Assembly (NCBI GenBank): GCA_900545265.1
Contig: UQYI01000006.1
Span: 9,922 to 73,921 of the forward strand
Direction of reading: 5' to 3'
DNA: 64,000 bases
DNA from: an uncultured Eubacteriales bacterium
GTDB lineage: Bacteria; Bacillota; Clostridia; Christensenellales; CAG-138
Position numbers and translations under genes: made by a program. This document shows positions 55,817 through 63,979 of the stretch, in pieces. The number at the start of each line of letters is the position of its first letter. Positions within the stretch are counted from its first letter, which is position 1. A model generated the notes under the pieces. The model made no database searches and was not told the DNA's origin. It was given only the letters and a program-made list of their open reading frames with translations.

Positions 55817-57081
55817 TGTAGTACTTCTCCTATCGCTGTTTTATTCTCCCGTCCGACGATACGGACGCTGGCAAGTTCCCCTGACGCAGCGCCGCAGCGC
55901 ACCCGGACGTAGTTTCCGGTATAGCCTTCTCCGTTTTCTTCCATGAGCACCTGATGCACGGTGCCTTTCAGCCCGTCAATAAAGGCAGCCTCCATGGTAT
56001 CCCCCAGAGCAATGAGCTCCCTGGCACGGGCTTCCTTTTCCCGGCGGGTCAGCTGGCCGGGCATACTGTCTGCCTTGGTGCCGGGGCGGCGGGAATAGGG
56101 AAACACATGGATCCGGGCAAAGGCCATTTCCTTTACAAACTCCATGGTCTGGCAGTGCTCCTGCTCCGTTTCCCCGGGGAACCCGGCTATGATATCCGTG
56201 GTCAGGGAACAGTCCGGCATGGCGGCGCGGAGCATGGCCGCTTCCCGTCTGTATTGTTCCGCCGTATAGGGCCGGTTCATGCGGGCCAGCACCGTATCCG
56301 AGCCGCTTTGCAGGGCCAGATGGAACTGTCTGCACAGACTTTTGCTTTCTGCGGAGGTCTGGCAGAATCTTTCATCTACCAGATTGGGATCCAGAGAGCC
56401 CAGCCGCAGCCGCGGCAGGCCGCATTCGTCTGCCAGCCGGATAAGGCTGACCAGATCCGTTCCCTCTTTCAGATCTTTCCCGTAAGCGGAAAGCTGTATC
56501 CCCGCCAGGACGACTTCTTTATAACCGCCCTTTGCCAGCGCCAGGAATTCCCTCCGGCAGCTTTCCAGCGAACGGCTTTTCAGTGCGCCCCGGGCAAAGG
56601 GAATGGCGCAGTAGGTGCAAAACTGCACACAGCCGTCCTGTACCTTCAGAGTGGCCCGGGTGCGGCTGTCCGCTACGGCGGAGAGGGTCTCAAATTCCCG
56701 CCGCTGGAAAGGGGAAAGGGGTTCCGGTTCCATGCTCTGCCCCAGTACGGCATTTTCCGCGATCTCTACGATCTTCTGCCGCTGGGCGGTGCCCAGTACG
56801 GCGGCCACTCCGGGCAGGGCCTCCACCTTGTCCCGGGCCACTTCACTGTAGCAGCCTACGGCGATCACCGGGGCCAAAGGAGACAGGGCATGGGCCCGGG
56901 CGATCATCTGCCGGGATTTTTTATCCGCCGTCATGGTCACGGTGCAGGTGTTGACAATGTATACATCCGCCGGGCTTTCAAAGGGCACTACCTCATGCCC
57001 CGCCTTGAGGAAAAGTTCCTCCATGGCGGCGGTCTCATAGTGGTTCACCTTGCAGCCCAGGGTAAAAAAGGCAGCCTTCAT
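55813..57081 (-). CDS. mtaB: Radical-SAM methylthiotransferase, MtaB-like
   Basis: UPF0004 N-domain, radical SAM CVQFCTYCAIP and C-terminal TRAM. Sits in the prmA-rsmE-mtaB context. Confidence 0.85.
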   Translation of the reverse strand: MKAAFFTLGCKVNHYETAAMEELFLKAGHEVVPFESPADVYIVNTCTVTMTADKKSRQMIARAHALSPLAPVIAVGCYSEVARDKVEALPGVAAVLGTAQRQKIVEIAENAVLGQSMEPEPLSPFQRREFETLSAVADSRTRATLKVQDGCVQFCTYCAIPFARGALKSRSLESCRREFLALAKGGYKEVVLAGIQLSAYGKDLKEGTDLVSLIRLADECGLPRLRLGSLDPNLVDERFCQTSAESKSLCRQFHLALQSGSDTVLARMNRPYTAEQYRREAAMLRAAMPDCSLTTDIIAGFPGETEQEHCQTMEFVKEMAFARIHVFPYSRRPGTKADSMPGQLTRREKEARARELIALGDTMEAAFIDGLKGTVHQVLMEENGEGYTGNYVRVRCGAASGELASVRIVGRENKTAIGEVLQ

Positions 57082-57083
57082 GT

Positions 57084-57794
57084 TTATCCCTCCAGGGCAA
57101 AAAGCAACTGGGCCAGCATGGCCATGCCGGCCGTTTCCGTCCGCAGGATCCGGGGGCCCAGCGTTACGGGCAGGGCGCCCTTTTCTTCCAGATGCTGCAC
57201 CTCCCGGGGCTCAAACCCGCCTTCCGGGCCGATGAGCAGGGCGATGCGGGGGCCGGGGGCCAGGGTCAGGGCCTGCTTCAGGGTGCGGATGTGCTCCCCT
57301 TCATAGGCCAGCAACACCAGATCAAAATCAGAAAAATCCAGCGTCTCCAGCTCAACAGGGCTTTCCACCCGGGGGAGGATCCCCCGGCCGCTCTGCTTGG
57401 CGGCGGCTTCGGCTACCTTTTCGTAGCGCTGGCGTTTTTTTTCAAAATCCTTCCCGGGCAGGGCCACGCACCGGCGGCTCACCACGGGCACAAGGGTATA
57501 TAAGCCCAGCTCCGTACACTTTTGCAGGATCAGCTCCATTTTGCCCGTTTTGGGCAGGCATTGGAACAGGGTCACCTGGTGGGCGGGCTCGCTGCGGCAG
57601 GGCTCCCATGCTTCAGGGGCAAGCAGGGCCTGCCTGCCCGTCAATGCGGTAATGCGGGCCTCACATTCCCGGCCGTTTCCGTCGCAAAGGGTAACGGCAT
57701 CCCCTTTCTGCAGCCGCAGCACGGAAGCCAGGTGCTTATATTCCTCTCCCTCGATGACAGGCGTCAGAGGATCTGCAACAAAAAAACGGCTCAT
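57084..57794 (-). CDS. rsmE: 16S rRNA m3U1498 methyltransferase RsmE
   Basis: MSRFFV start, PUA-like N-domain and SPOUT C-domain (LLIGPEGGF). Confidence 0.9.
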   Translation of the reverse strand: MSRFFVADPLTPVIEGEEYKHLASVLRLQKGDAVTLCDGNGRECEARITALTGRQALLAPEAWEPCRSEPAHQVTLFQCLPKTGKMELILQKCTELGLYTLVPVVSRRCVALPGKDFEKKRQRYEKVAEAAAKQSGRGILPRVESPVELETLDFSDFDLVLLAYEGEHIRTLKQALTLAPGPRIALLIGPEGGFEPREVQHLEEKGALPVTLGPRILRTETAGMAMLAQLLFALEG

Positions 57795-58756
57795 TGGGGA
57801 TTCTCACAGAAAATGGCGAACCAGCAGTCGGAGGAAAGCACCTCTTTTACCGCAAAGCCCGCCTGCTTCAGTCCGGCTTCCACCTCGGCCTCCCGGTCAT
57901 CGATAATGCCGGATACGATAAATGTGCCCCCGGGTGCCACTACCTCCCTGGCAAAGGGACACAAAGCGAGGATTACGTCCGCAACAATATTGGCTGCTAC
58001 CACCGGGTACTGCCCCCGAATGTCCGTCTGCAATGCTTCATCGCTGATGAGATTGCCGATACGGATCTCATAATCCTGCTCGCCCAGACCGTTCATGGCG
58101 GCATTTTCCCGGGCAATGGTTTCCGCAATGGGGTCGATATCCACGGCTACGGCTTTTTTGGCCCCCAGCAGCAGCGAAGCGATGGAAAGTATCCCGCTGC
58201 CGCAGCCCATATCCAGCATGGTATCCCCGGGCCTGACGGTTTTCTCCAGCAGCTCCAGGCACATGCGGGTGGTATGGTGAGCTCCGGTGCCAAAGGCCAT
58301 GCCGGGATCCAGCTTCAGCACCACCCGGTCCGTTTCGGGCTTTGGCTCCCAACTGGGCAGCACCAGCAGGCGGCTGCCTATCTCCAGGGGCTTATAGTAT
58401 TTTTTCCAGTTGTTGGCCCAGTCCTCTTCATCCAGAGACCGGATCGTTACCGTCAGCGAACCCAGATCCACCCCCAGATCCAGAGTTTTGAGCCGCTCTA
58501 CGGCAGCTTTGGCGGCCTCCGCCACCGAATAGTTCTCCGGGCAGTCCGCCAGATATCCTTTTACACAGGGCCGGTCCGTGCCGATCCGGCTCATATCCGC
58601 AAAATCCCAGTACAGCACGCTCTCCCGCAGAAAGGCGGCGGCAGCGCTGCGGCTCTCCTCTATGGAAAGGCCCGTAATGCCTACGCTGTCCAGAGCGGCG
58701 CAGACGCTGTCCAGCCCGGCATCGGTGGTATAAACGGCGATCTCCAGCCATTTCAT
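57791..58756 (-). CDS. prmA: Ribosomal protein L11 methyltransferase
   Basis: MKWLEIAVYT start and SAM motif DMGCGSGILSIA. Confidence 0.9.
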   Translation of the reverse strand: MKWLEIAVYTTDAGLDSVCAALDSVGITGLSIEESRSAAAAFLRESVLYWDFADMSRIGTDRPCVKGYLADCPENYSVAEAAKAAVERLKTLDLGVDLGSLTVTIRSLDEEDWANNWKKYYKPLEIGSRLLVLPSWEPKPETDRVVLKLDPGMAFGTGAHHTTRMCLELLEKTVRPGDTMLDMGCGSGILSIASLLLGAKKAVAVDIDPIAETIARENAAMNGLGEQDYEIRIGNLISDEALQTDIRGQYPVVAANIVADVILALCPFAREVVAPGGTFIVSGIIDDREAEVEAGLKQAGFAVKEVLSSDCWFAIFCENPQ

Positions 58757-58804
58757 AGCAAATACTCCTTAAAAAGGGCACAGCCCCTGTATTTTTGACA
58801 GTAT

Positions 58805-58833
58805 ATTATAGCACGGCTCCCCGCCGTCTACAA
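58805..58833 (-). promoter_or_regulatory. Predicted prmA operon promoter
   Basis: Minus strand: TTGTAG, 17 nt spacer, TGc-TATAAT. Confidence 0.5.
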
Positions 58834-58968
58834 GGGTAAAGGCGGCGCTGCGGGCGTATCCAGTAAAAAAAGAAAAAAAGCAGCCGGGGCTTTACACGGG
58901 TGCTCATAAGAAAGTAATTCCAGAAATTACGATTATGGCATCTGTCAGGCGGGGTTGGTAAACGAGAT

Positions 58969-59008
58969 AACGGGTATTCGGTGCAAGCCGAGTACCCGTT
59001 ATTTTTTT
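58969..59008 (+). terminator. Very strong orphan rho-independent terminator (no upstream ORF)
   Basis: AACGGGTATTCGG tgcaag CCGAGTACCCGTT (13 bp stem, one G.T pair) followed by ATTTTTTT. Confidence 0.75.
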
Positions 59009-59085
59009 GCCCATGCGTGGAAACAATTCCTTGATTTCACAACAAAGATTCAATGAAATTTCGAAAAATAAGGAGGATTTCTATT

Positions 59086-59769
59086 ATGTCAAAAATTATA
59101 ACAAGGGTTTTATCGGTTCTTCTCATAGTGGTAATGGCATTTCCAAACGTTGCGTTTGCCTCAGATCAAGGAAATGGTCAGACCGAACAGTATTCAGAAG
59201 TAATATCCATTCAAGCAAGCGAGACTGTGGGTCCAGATACCAAATATCCTGAATCTTTGTCAAAAGCGCCTAATTATAGCGACTTTTCGACTAAACTTGA
59301 AATAATTGACTATATTCAAAACGGTCCTAAATCCTTTTTTGCTGGCTGTGATACAATTACAGCCGATGAGCTTCTGGCAAAATCACAATATGTTTTTACC
59401 ACCAAAGCGGGGGATGTAACTGGGACGTTCACGTCGGCGCGTTTAGATACAGGAACCCCAGGTGTAACATGGGATTATACAGTAAACTATACAATCACGC
59501 CTATGCCAAGTGGAACTGGTTGGTATTTCAAAAGTGTCAGTTGTACAGTTAGCGCCTATAAAGGTTTTTTGTTTTATACATGGGCAACAGTAGGCTTGTT
59601 AGAATTCACAAGTGCAACTTATACCCTATCACCATCCACTCGCCCCACTTCTATTACCCTGAATATGACATTGCAGTTCCAAATATGGACAGATGCAACA
59701 GGCCCCAATCCCGTAACATATTCAGAAAGCCATAGCCACACGACAAAAGTAAGCAATATTTACAACTAA
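59086..59769 (+). CDS. Secreted protein of unknown function
   Basis: RBS AAGGAGG. Signal peptide MSKIITRVLSVLLIVVMAFPNVAFA. Ser/Thr-rich mature part that looks beta-rich. Confidence 0.6.
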   Translation: MSKIITRVLSVLLIVVMAFPNVAFASDQGNGQTEQYSEVISIQASETVGPDTKYPESLSKAPNYSDFSTKLEIIDYIQNGPKSFFAGCDTITADELLAKSQYVFTTKAGDVTGTFTSARLDTGTPGVTWDYTVNYTITPMPSGTGWYFKSVSCTVSAYKGFLFYTWATVGLLEFTSATYTLSPSTRPTSITLNMTLQFQIWTDATGPNPVTYSESHSHTTKVSNIYN

Positions 59770-59786
59770 AAAGCACAAGAATTGTT

Positions 59787-60008
59787 ATGAAGTATAAAAC
59801 ATTTACAATCATTTCGATCTTGGTTTTAGTTGTTGCTGGGTGCTCTACTTTGTTTACTTCTAAAATGATAGTCAAAGGAATAACCGATAACATTTTGTGC
59901 AGCAAAGTATACACAATCTTGGTGATTTCTGGTTTTTTGACAATCATTGCGCTTATTTGTATTGTTATTCGCGCCATGTTACTTTTACATGAGCATCTGA
60001 ATAAATGA
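59787..60008 (+). CDS. Small membrane protein or lipoprotein of unknown function
   Basis: Lipobox-like LVVAGCS plus a second TM segment. No clear RBS. Confidence 0.4.
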   Translation: MKYKTFTIISILVLVVAGCSTLFTSKMIVKGITDNILCSKVYTILVISGFLTIIALICIVIRAMLLLHEHLNK

Positions 60009-60235
60009 GCGATAATAGGAGACCTATGGGACAATCTATCTGGAGAAATTGAAGTAGTTTCACCCTGAAGCATTACCGAGGATAACCATTTTCAAGGTTT
60101 ACTTGGCTGAACAATATCCTCAAAAAGTTCTTTCTTTTGTTGGCTGGCATTTGAACGGATTTGCTTCTTGACCGTTCCTGTGTCAAATGCGAGAGTCGCC
60201 ACCCTCCGCTCTCGCGTCCTCCTGCTCCTCGTTTG

Positions 60236-60271
60236 CAGTGCAGGTTGCTTATGTACAAGCAATCTGCACTG
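60236..60271. repeat. 36-bp near-perfect palindrome (15-bp stem, 6-nt loop)
   Basis: CAGTGCAGGTTGCTT atgtac AAGCAATCTGCACTG (one G.T pair). A 7-bp hairpin GCGAGAG...CTCTCGC lies at 60189-60215, just upstream. Confidence 0.8.
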
Positions 60272-60423
60272 TAAGGAGGACGAACAATTTAGGAAATATT
60301 CAAGAAGTTCACGAGGAGATTGTTATGCTCTCCCTTTGGTACTTTTGTAATCTGTTTGGGTCAGTTATGCGTTGTATTTACAAAAGGACGCTTTACAAAA
60401 ACCATAAATGTGTGAGGTGCAGC

Positions 60424-60924
60424 ATGAAGAAACGGTCTGTTTTAATTCTTGTAATGGCAATTGTAATCCTCGGATATGTTGCGATTGTTTTGATTGTTCA
60501 CGAGAATCATCGGCAACGCTGCAATAAAGATCAATGGAAAAGCATAAAGGAGATCAGCGATATTGCTGACTTCTTTGACGCCCCGATCACTGAGATGACT
60601 TTGCGGGAGGGAGTTACGTCTGCCGAGTGGGCGGTGTTCAGCGACGACGATCTTATCGCAGATTGGAACTTCTTTTTTGATAATACTGAAGTCAAATGCG
60701 AAGGCAGAGCATCCAAAGACAGCGACGCCTGTGGGATGTTTGTGACAGCTATCAACGCCGACGGCGATACGCTCGTCTTTGTTGCCTATTATGATTCATC
60801 AGGAGCGTGCAAGATAGATATTGGCGGGACAGCATTTATAACAAAGGAATCCCCCGGTCTTCCGTTCAAGAGTACATATTGGAGAGCGATTGAACGTCAC
60901 GGAATCACCACACCGTGGGATTAA
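60424..60924 (+). CDS. N-terminally anchored membrane protein of unknown function
   Basis: Start MKKRSVLILVMAIVILGYVAIVLIV follows GAGGTG. The track ORF start at 60187 runs through the palindromes and is unlikely to be real. Confidence 0.55.
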   Translation: MKKRSVLILVMAIVILGYVAIVLIVHENHRQRCNKDQWKSIKEISDIADFFDAPITEMTLREGVTSAEWAVFSDDDLIADWNFFFDNTEVKCEGRASKDSDACGMFVTAINADGDTLVFVAYYDSSGACKIDIGGTAFITKESPGLPFKSTYWRAIERHGITTPWD

Positions 60925-61102
60925 GCTTTGAATTTTTGATGAGCAGTTTTTTCAAGAAATTTGTAACCGGTTATTGCTTGAAGATCGTTGTGTATGTAAG
61001 AGCTGTTCTATGGGAACAGCAAATAATGCGAGGAGGTGATGTGTATGCTTGTTCCCTGTTAGGTTTTTTCAATTATTCACAAACCTGAAAGGAGGCCCGA
61101 AA

Positions 61103-61825
61103 ATGAAGAAGACACTTTCTTTCCTGTTGACGTTGGTCATGTGTGTTTCTATCATGCCAACCATTGCATCTGCTTCATCTGAGACTGGCCGTATGCAAGA
61201 TGAGTATGATCCTGAAACCGGCTATACTACTATCACCACTGATGACTATATTGCAGTTGTACCCAAAGGCGGCATCGTGGAGTATTCGTCGGACAACAAG
61301 AATCTCTGTGCAGACGAGGTGTTGAAAACAACAACCTACTCCAACGAGGATTCGATTGTTCCTTTTGATTATCAAGCAACAGTTAGAGAGATGTATGAAT
61401 ACGTTCTCAAAACCAATGCTGATATGGACCCGTCTTCTGCAATGGAGATAGCGCAAAAACTCGCTGCCAATATTGAAGCTGCGAGAAATGCGTCCATTTA
61501 TGGCAATATGAGAGGTATAACCTCATATGTTACAGAAACAGGAGCGACGGTTGTAGACTTGGGCTGCATACAAGACGGAAAATTAGTTCCCTCTGATGCT
61601 TTAAGATATGTCCCCGATTCGCGTACCAGAATCATAAGCGAAGGTTGGAGTGTCAATCCCCATGTTGATAGCAGTGTGTTGAACTGCAGATATGTTGTTC
61701 CCTGGAATGGCTTGGATCTTTACAAATCAAGCGATAGTGGCTCGATGTGCATACGGCGGCGGCCAGCGGCCGCTGGTGCGGTGGTCCAGCGGCCGCTGTG
61801 CGGTCTGAGTAACAGCCGCCACTAA
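61103..61825 (+). CDS. Secreted protein of unknown function (3' end runs into a GC-rich duplicated palindrome patch)
   Basis: RBS AAAGGAGG. Signal peptide MKKTLSFLLTLVMCVSIMPTIASA. The last ~25 codons (CIRRRPAAAGAVVQRPLCGLSNSRH) are compositionally foreign. Confidence 0.55.
   Translation: MKKTLSFLLTLVMCVSIMPTIASASSETGRMQDEYDPETGYTTITTDDYIAVVPKGGIVEYSSDNKNLCADEVLKTTTYSNEDSIVPFDYQATVREMYEYVLKTNADMDPSSAMEIAQKLAANIEAARNASIYGNMRGITSYVTETGATVVDLGCIQDGKLVPSDALRYVPDSRTRIISEGWSVNPHVDSSVLNCRYVVPWNGLDLYKSSDSGSMCIRRRPAAAGAVVQRPLCGLSNSRH
61763..61805. repeat. Tandem 23-bp duplication, each unit containing the 12-bp palindrome CAGCGGCCGCTG
   Basis: CCAGCGGCCGCTGGTGCGGT ggt CCAGCGGCCGCTGTGCGGT. Palindromes at 61764-61775 and 61787-61798, with centres 23 bp apart. 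Confidence 0.85.
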
Positions 61826-61902
61826 CAACTTGATGTAGTCCAGATATTCTCCATAATGGTGGTATCCGCAACAGCGGAAATTCACTATTAGGAGGGTAAT
61901 GG

Positions 61903-62304
61903 ATGTTAGACTACAAGGATATCATTACAAAACATTGCGCATTGGGGATGACTGGTAGCGCAATTGCCGAAACCCTCGGCGTCAGCAAATCGGGGGTAAA
62001 TGACTTTCTGCGTGCATTCAAGGCGTGCAAAGATTTGAAGTATCCGCTGCCCAAGGGGATCACCAACTACGGCATTGCTGCGGTCGTCTATCCACGGAAA
62101 CCTACCACTCATGTTGGACGGGATGTCTCCTATGAACTGCCGGATTACGAGGCGGTTTCAAAAGATATGTCTTCCCGGAAGAACATGACCCTCAAGGTTC
62201 TCTGGAATCGGTATGTGAAGAAGTGTCGGGACAGCGGTCTAAAGCTACGAAACCGAGCAGGAGAAGCTCAAAGTGGAAATCCAGACCTTGCAGCAGGATA
62301 TTGA
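61903..62304 (+). pseudogene. IS21-family transposase (IstA) N-terminal fragment
   Basis: HTH (GMTGSAIAETLGVSKSGVNDFL) and the LPDYEAV...MTLKVLWNRYV motif typical of the IstA N-terminus. No integrase core follows. Similarity appears to end near 62240. Confidence 0.65.
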
Positions 62305-62530
62305 AGTACAGGAACGACAGATTGAAAATTTGGAGCAGTTTATTCAGAGGGTACACAAATACAAGGACTTGGACGAGCTTACCCCCTATGCTCTGCGTGA
62401 ACTTGTCAAGGGAGTTTATATCGAAGCCCCCGACAAGAGCAGCGGCAAGCGGCGGCAGAACATCCGCATTTCCTATGATCTTGTGGGCTTTATCCCGCTG
62501 AATGAACTGATGAAAGAGGAAACGGCATGA
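62243..62530 (+). pseudogene. Large serine recombinase C-terminal fragment (coiled coil plus DUF4368-like tail)
   Basis: Frame opens right after a stop at 62240-62242. ...LDELTPYALRELVKGVYIEAPDKSSGKRRQNIRISYDLVGFIP matches the C-terminal tail of TnpX/TndX-type recombinases. The catalytic domain is absent. Confidence 0.7.
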
Positions 62531-62669
62531 CCGAAGCCATGCCGTTCCTGCAAAAATGCGATATTACTTTCTTACGACCCCCGCCCATTTGCAGCCGGCC
62601 TTTTGAAACAGCCATGAGGCACAAAGAAGAAAATGTTACAGGAAAGACGAAATCCGGTACGATTTTATG

Positions 62670-62699
62670 TTGCGTCCGGGGGCGCCCGTATGCTATAAT
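62670..62699 (+). promoter_or_regulatory. Predicted ftsA promoter
   Basis: TTGCGT, 18 nt spacer, TGc-TATAAT. Confidence 0.5.
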
Positions 62700-62782
62700 C
62701 CATCCGTATAGCTGGGTAGTCCCGCGTTTTTTGCGTACGCGGAATTGCCGTGGGATGTGATAAGGGAGCGTAGGATCAAAGC

Positions 62783-63979
62783 ATGAAACCCGCTGCGGTA
62801 TTGGATATAGGCAGCTCTAAAGTCGTCTGCCTTTGCGGAAGCATGGCAGACGGTGACGGCATCGTGGTGCACGGGGCCGGTGTTTGCACATATGAAGGCT
62901 ACCGGGACGGTGTCTTTATCGACAAGCAGAGTCTGCACAATGCGGTGGTGGAAGCTTTGCAGAAGGCAGAGCAGGAAAGCCGCATCCGCATCCGGGATGT
63001 GGCGCTGACGGTGCCTGCGGCCTTTTCCGATCTGCTTTTGACCGACGCCACTCTTTCTTTGGGGAAGCCCCGCAAGACGGAGGCGGCGGATATAGACAGG
63101 CTGATTGCCCTGTCTTTGGAAAAGTGTAAAAAAAAGCCCGGATATACCCTGATGCACAGCACCCCGGTGTTCTTTCTTGTGGACGGCGTATCCTCCACGG
63201 AAGTGCCGGAAGGCATCACCACGGATGAGATATCGGCTCTGATCTCCCATATGTTCGTGCAGGAGGCATATATCCGCACGGTGCAGGAATCTCTGGACGA
63301 TATGGGCGTGGAGATCAGCATGTGCGTCAGCGCCCAGCTGGGAGAATCCGTCATGCTCATTCCGGAAAAGGAACGGGTCCGCCCGGCGGTGCTCATAGAT
63401 GTGGGATACCACCAGACGGAGATCTCCGTGGTGGAAAATACCGCCCTGACGGCCATAAGCACCCTGCCCATCGGGGGGTATCAGTTTGCCAGCGATCTGT
63501 CTTTTGGACTGGATGTGCCCATGGACGCGGCAGAGCAGGCCAAGCGGCGGTATGTATTCTCTTTGGATCTGCAGGAAAAAAGCGAAGTGCTGCGCACCGC
63601 AGCCGGGAGCAAAAAGGTGTCCCGGTCCGCTATCTCCTATATAATAGAAGCCCGGGCCACGGAGCTGGCCGGGATGCTTCGGCGGGAGATGGAAAATATG
63701 GGCGTGAATCTGGATGCACGGCCGGCGGTATATGTTTCCGGCGGCGGGCTGCTGATGATGCGGGGCGGACTGGATTTTATGCGCAAGGCGCTGAATTTGC
63801 CCCTGAAGCGGGATATGCCCTGGACGCCCAGGCTCTCCTCGCCCAACTATTGCAGCGCTTTTGGGGCGCTGGACTTTGTCCTCAAGGCCAACCGGCCCCA
63901 GGAGGATACGACCGCAAGCGGCAGCGAAGAGAAACTGGGTTCGCTGTTAAAGAAAATAAAAGAGTTCTTCATGAAATAA
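62783..63979 (+). CDS. ftsA: Cell division protein FtsA
   Basis: Actin-fold N-terminus AVLDIGSSKVVCL and C-terminal amphipathic membrane-targeting helix LGSLLKKIKEFFMK. Confidence 0.85.
   Translation: MKPAAVLDIGSSKVVCLCGSMADGDGIVVHGAGVCTYEGYRDGVFIDKQSLHNAVVEALQKAEQESRIRIRDVALTVPAAFSDLLLTDATLSLGKPRKTEAADIDRLIALSLEKCKKKPGYTLMHSTPVFFLVDGVSSTEVPEGITTDEISALISHMFVQEAYIRTVQESLDDMGVEISMCVSAQLGESVMLIPEKERVRPAVLIDVGYHQTEISVVENTALTAISTLPIGGYQFASDLSFGLDVPMDAAEQAKRRYVFSLDLQEKSEVLRTAAGSKKVSRSAISYIIEARATELAGMLRREMENMGVNLDARPAVYVSGGGLLMMRGGLDFMRKALNLPLKRDMPWTPRLSSPNYCSAFGALDFVLKANRPQEDTTASGSEEKLGSLLKKIKEFFMK

Larger units (their letters stand above)
58866..62530 (+). mobile_element. AT-rich genomic island, probable decayed integrative element
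   Basis: Abrupt drop in GC compared with both flanks. Four co-oriented exported or membrane ORFs of unknown function. The right end carries IS21 and serine-recombinase gene fragments. Boundaries are approximate. Confidence 0.55.

Noticed and set aside
59654-60073. 139-aa minus-strand ORF.
   Set aside because: It lies antisense to the small membrane ORF and the 3' end of the secreted-protein gene in AT-rich DNA. It has no RBS and looks spurious.
60073-60258. 61-aa minus-strand ORF between island genes.
   Set aside because: It has no RBS, overlaps the hairpin/palindrome patch, has a basic low-complexity composition and shows no recognisable family. It is probably non-coding or a gene relic.
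58923-62670. Imperfect direct repeat (GAAATTACGATTATGG at 58923-58940 versus GAAATCCGGTACGATTTTATG at 62651-62670) as att sites of the island.
   Set aside because: The match is short and gapped. Serine-recombinase elements are not expected to leave long direct repeats. It is mentioned only as something to test.
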